A DNA stretch of 20,000 nt, from IMG/VR virus record IMGVR_UViG_3300001592_001590. One strand, written 5' to 3'. The notes under the pieces were generated by a model, which did no database searches, was not told the DNA's origin, and saw only the letters and a list, made by a program, of their open reading frames with translations. Each line of letters opens with the position of its first letter. The first letter of the stretch is position 1. This document shows, piece by piece, positions 18,315 to 20,000 of this stretch. The stretch comes from an uncultured virus (IMG/VR IMGVR_UViG_3300001592_001590). Lineage: Duplodnaviria; Heunggongvirae; Uroviricota; Caudoviricetes. The position numbers and the translations under genes are program-made.

Positions 18315-19092
18315 TCACTTTTTGGCTTCTTTGACGGGCAGGGGCAACTTGTCCAGGTCCGCAAGGTCACGGATGAAGACGTTCAAGTCTTGCAAGGTGC
18401 ACACCCCTTCTCGGCTGTAGTGGTTAGTGGTCGATACGACCTGCGCCGAGGGGAAATGCTGTGCGACCAGGGCCATCAGCAGTGCGCGGTTGGCATCGCT
18501 GTCGACCAAGGAGAGGTCTCGCTCCCCGGGCAGCTCGGTCAGCTCAAACCCGCGGTCTCGGAGGCTTTTGAGCCAATCTTCGTAGGTCACCTTGTCGGAG
18601 ACAGGGGACCGGGAGAGCAAACGTGGCCCAGCGCCAAACAGCATGCACGAGAACTGGACTTCCAGCGACCCGTACTGCGAGAAGCTCATCTTGCCGATGT
18701 GCCCAAATCCATGTTGGTCCCACCAGAGGTTGAGCTTTTCGCCCAGCACCGTCAGGTGAGCCTGCGTCTGGTGCGCGGAGCCCGTAAGCCCCAGCTGTTG
18801 CTCCAATTCGCGGACTTTCATGTTGGCCGCACAAAGGTCCGCATAGCGGGCTTCGCGGGCACTGGCGCTGTCCAGCTCGATGTCGAGCAGCGCGCACAGT
18901 TGCGTCAGGCGGGACTCTTTGAGGGACAGGACGTTGTAGGCCAACTCCAAATCTACCTCGGCTTTCGCCTTGATGCGCTCGGCAAGAAAGGCCATCGCGG
19001 TCAGCTCCTCGCGGAGCTCCTGGGACGCCACGGCGCGTTCGTCGTCGGTCAGTGTTTTGGTTTTTCCTGTCGTATTCTTGAGAGGGTCTCAT
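18315..19092 (-). CDS. Hypothetical protein with N-terminal coiled coil (apparent +1 indel near 19063)
   Basis: MRPSQEYDRK at 19092 joins TKTLTDDERAVASQELREEL of the 238-aa ORF if one A of an A5 run is removed. Confidence 0.7.
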
Positions 19093-19173
19093 TCAAAATC
19101 CTAAAAAGGTGGTCCTGTCTTCTATAGCCAAACAAGGATTTACAGCTTGGATTCGCTAAAATAGTTCTGGAGG

Positions 19174-19245
19174 CGGACATTAAAGTTGAGGACTGGGCTT
19201 CCCTCTAGAGAGTCACCTTCCCGAGGGGCACCCGGACATTAAAGT
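19174..19245 (+). repeat. 13-bp direct repeat CGGACATTAAAGT x2 (putative TnsB binding sites)
   Basis: Exact copies at 19174-19186 and 19233-19245, each followed 5 nt later by ACTG. Confidence 0.85.
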
Positions 19246-19544
19246 CCAGAACTGACCTGAGTAATGAATCCACGCATATCCTGCAAGACTTCAAGCGCTT
19301 GCTCAAATGCGCCTCTGCGCGTCCATGTGCGATGCGCGGTTGCTGCGTTTCGCCAGTCCCCCACCTTGTAGGTGCTCTTGCGCCAAGTCTCCCCCGTGGC
19401 GAGCTTACGCAGTACACCGTCGAGGAGGCTGCGCTGGCAGAGCTCATAGGAGTAGGCCCGTTTGCGGGCTCCCGCTAGGAGGGGGCCAATTGCTGACCAC
19501 TCGTCGTCGGTCAGCTCCAAGGTGCCGTCAACATGAGACGGCAC
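19239..19544 (-). CDS. DUF4096 (IS5-type transposase N-terminal HTH)-like domain, probably the C-terminus of the upstream ORF
   Basis: LTDDEWSAIGPLL...RSLLDGVL....TGETW...GDW.......W...GAFEQAL pattern. No RBS; in frame with the upstream ORF across one TAG. Confidence 0.65.
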   Translation of the reverse strand: MPSHVDGTLELTDDEWSAIGPLLAGARKRAYSYELCQRSLLDGVLRKLATGETWRKSTYKVGDWRNAATAHRTWTRRGAFEQALEVLQDMRGFITQVSSGL

Positions 19545-19550
19545 TGGCGT

Positions 19551-20000
19551 CTAAACTCTTTTGTTGAGATTTCTTCCTTTCGCCCAATCGCGGTCGAGGA
19601 ACGCAATCCGATGCTCGTGACCGACTACGGGTAGGTCGGGGTGTTCAGAGGGGGTAATCGAGAGAATTCGAGCCTCAGTCACCAGTACGGCGTTCGGCCC
19701 TTGAACCCCCGCAAGAACGACTTCGGCGTTGCAGTTGGCAAGGTCGAGGTCGAGGTGCCCCGCCATCGCATGGCGATGAACGCTGTCAGCCATTCTGCGG
19801 GCTGTAGGGTGGGAGGCCATCCAACGCAGTGGCCCGTGCCAACTACTGTGAGTTTCTTGCACAGAGGAAGTGGCCCACTTGGCGTCAACGACGATGTCTG
19901 CTGTGCCATTGGAGTAATCGAGCCAAAGAGTGCGCTCCAGCGCGCTAGGGCCGAACATTTCATGAAGCAGCTTCGGGGTCGGCCTAAAAAGCGCGCGCAT
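19551..20000 (-). CDS. TnsE N-terminal-region-like protein (partial, start outside window)
   Basis: RALF...SALERTL, LRWMASHPTARRMADSVHRH and VLVTE are collinear with the remembered Tn7 TnsE segments RSLF...TALQQEF, LVWLFSDQDVMDSYESIFRH and YLVEE. Transcribed toward the transposon end. Confidence 0.5.
   Translation of the reverse strand: MRALFRPTPKLLHEMFGPSALERTLWLDYSNGTADIVVDAKWATSSVQETHSSWHGPLRWMASHPTARRMADSVHRHAMAGHLDLDLANCNAEVVLAGVQGPNAVLVTEARILSITPSEHPDLPVVGHEHRIAFLDRDWAKGRNLNKRV

Larger units (their letters stand above)
19168..20000. mobile_element. End of a Tn7-family transposon (left-end-like), continuing beyond the window
   Basis: TGGAGGCG-GACATTAAAGTTGAGGACTGG at 19168 closely resembles the Tn7 terminus as I recall it (TGTGGGCG-GACAATAAAGTCTTAAACTGA). 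A second site, GACATTAAAGTCCAGAACTGA, starts at 19235. Confidence 0.72.

Noticed and set aside
510..19092. Programmed frameshifting or mass pseudogenisation to explain about ten broken genes
   Set aside because: The breaks are nearly all single extra bases, often clustered or in short homopolymers. The sequence also has Ns and catalytic motifs are intact, so sequencing error is the simpler explanation. Reads are needed to confirm.
19239..19544. Independent IS5-family insertion sequence
   Set aside because: No DDE catalytic ORF follows, no IS terminal inverted repeats are evident, and the ORF is in frame with the upstream gene.

Overview
GC-rich window, probably betaproteobacterial (inference from gene families and codon style). 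It is a mosaic of accessory genes with no housekeeping synteny, most consistent with a large conjugative plasmid or similar mobile element. Recognisable genes: two HAD-family proteins, a SIMPL protein, a lipoprotein, an HExxH protein, a divergent pair of large exported proteins (one with a TraN-tip-like domain), a histone H1-like protein, a DUF1653-HD fusion coupled to RNase HII, a T7 gp0.7-like kinase, a photolyase/cryptochrome and a NADAR protein. From 19168 to the window edge lies what looks like the end of a Tn7-family transposon (TG terminus plus two TnsB-site-like repeats). Its last gene appears to be a TnsE N-terminal-like region joined in frame, across one TAG, to a DUF4096-like domain, a candidate alternative target selector. 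A strand-oriented CTANAC motif precedes most transcription units. The sequence is low quality (Ns and many single-base insertions), so several genes split in the ORF track were reconstructed by eye. All homology calls are from remembered motifs, not database searches.
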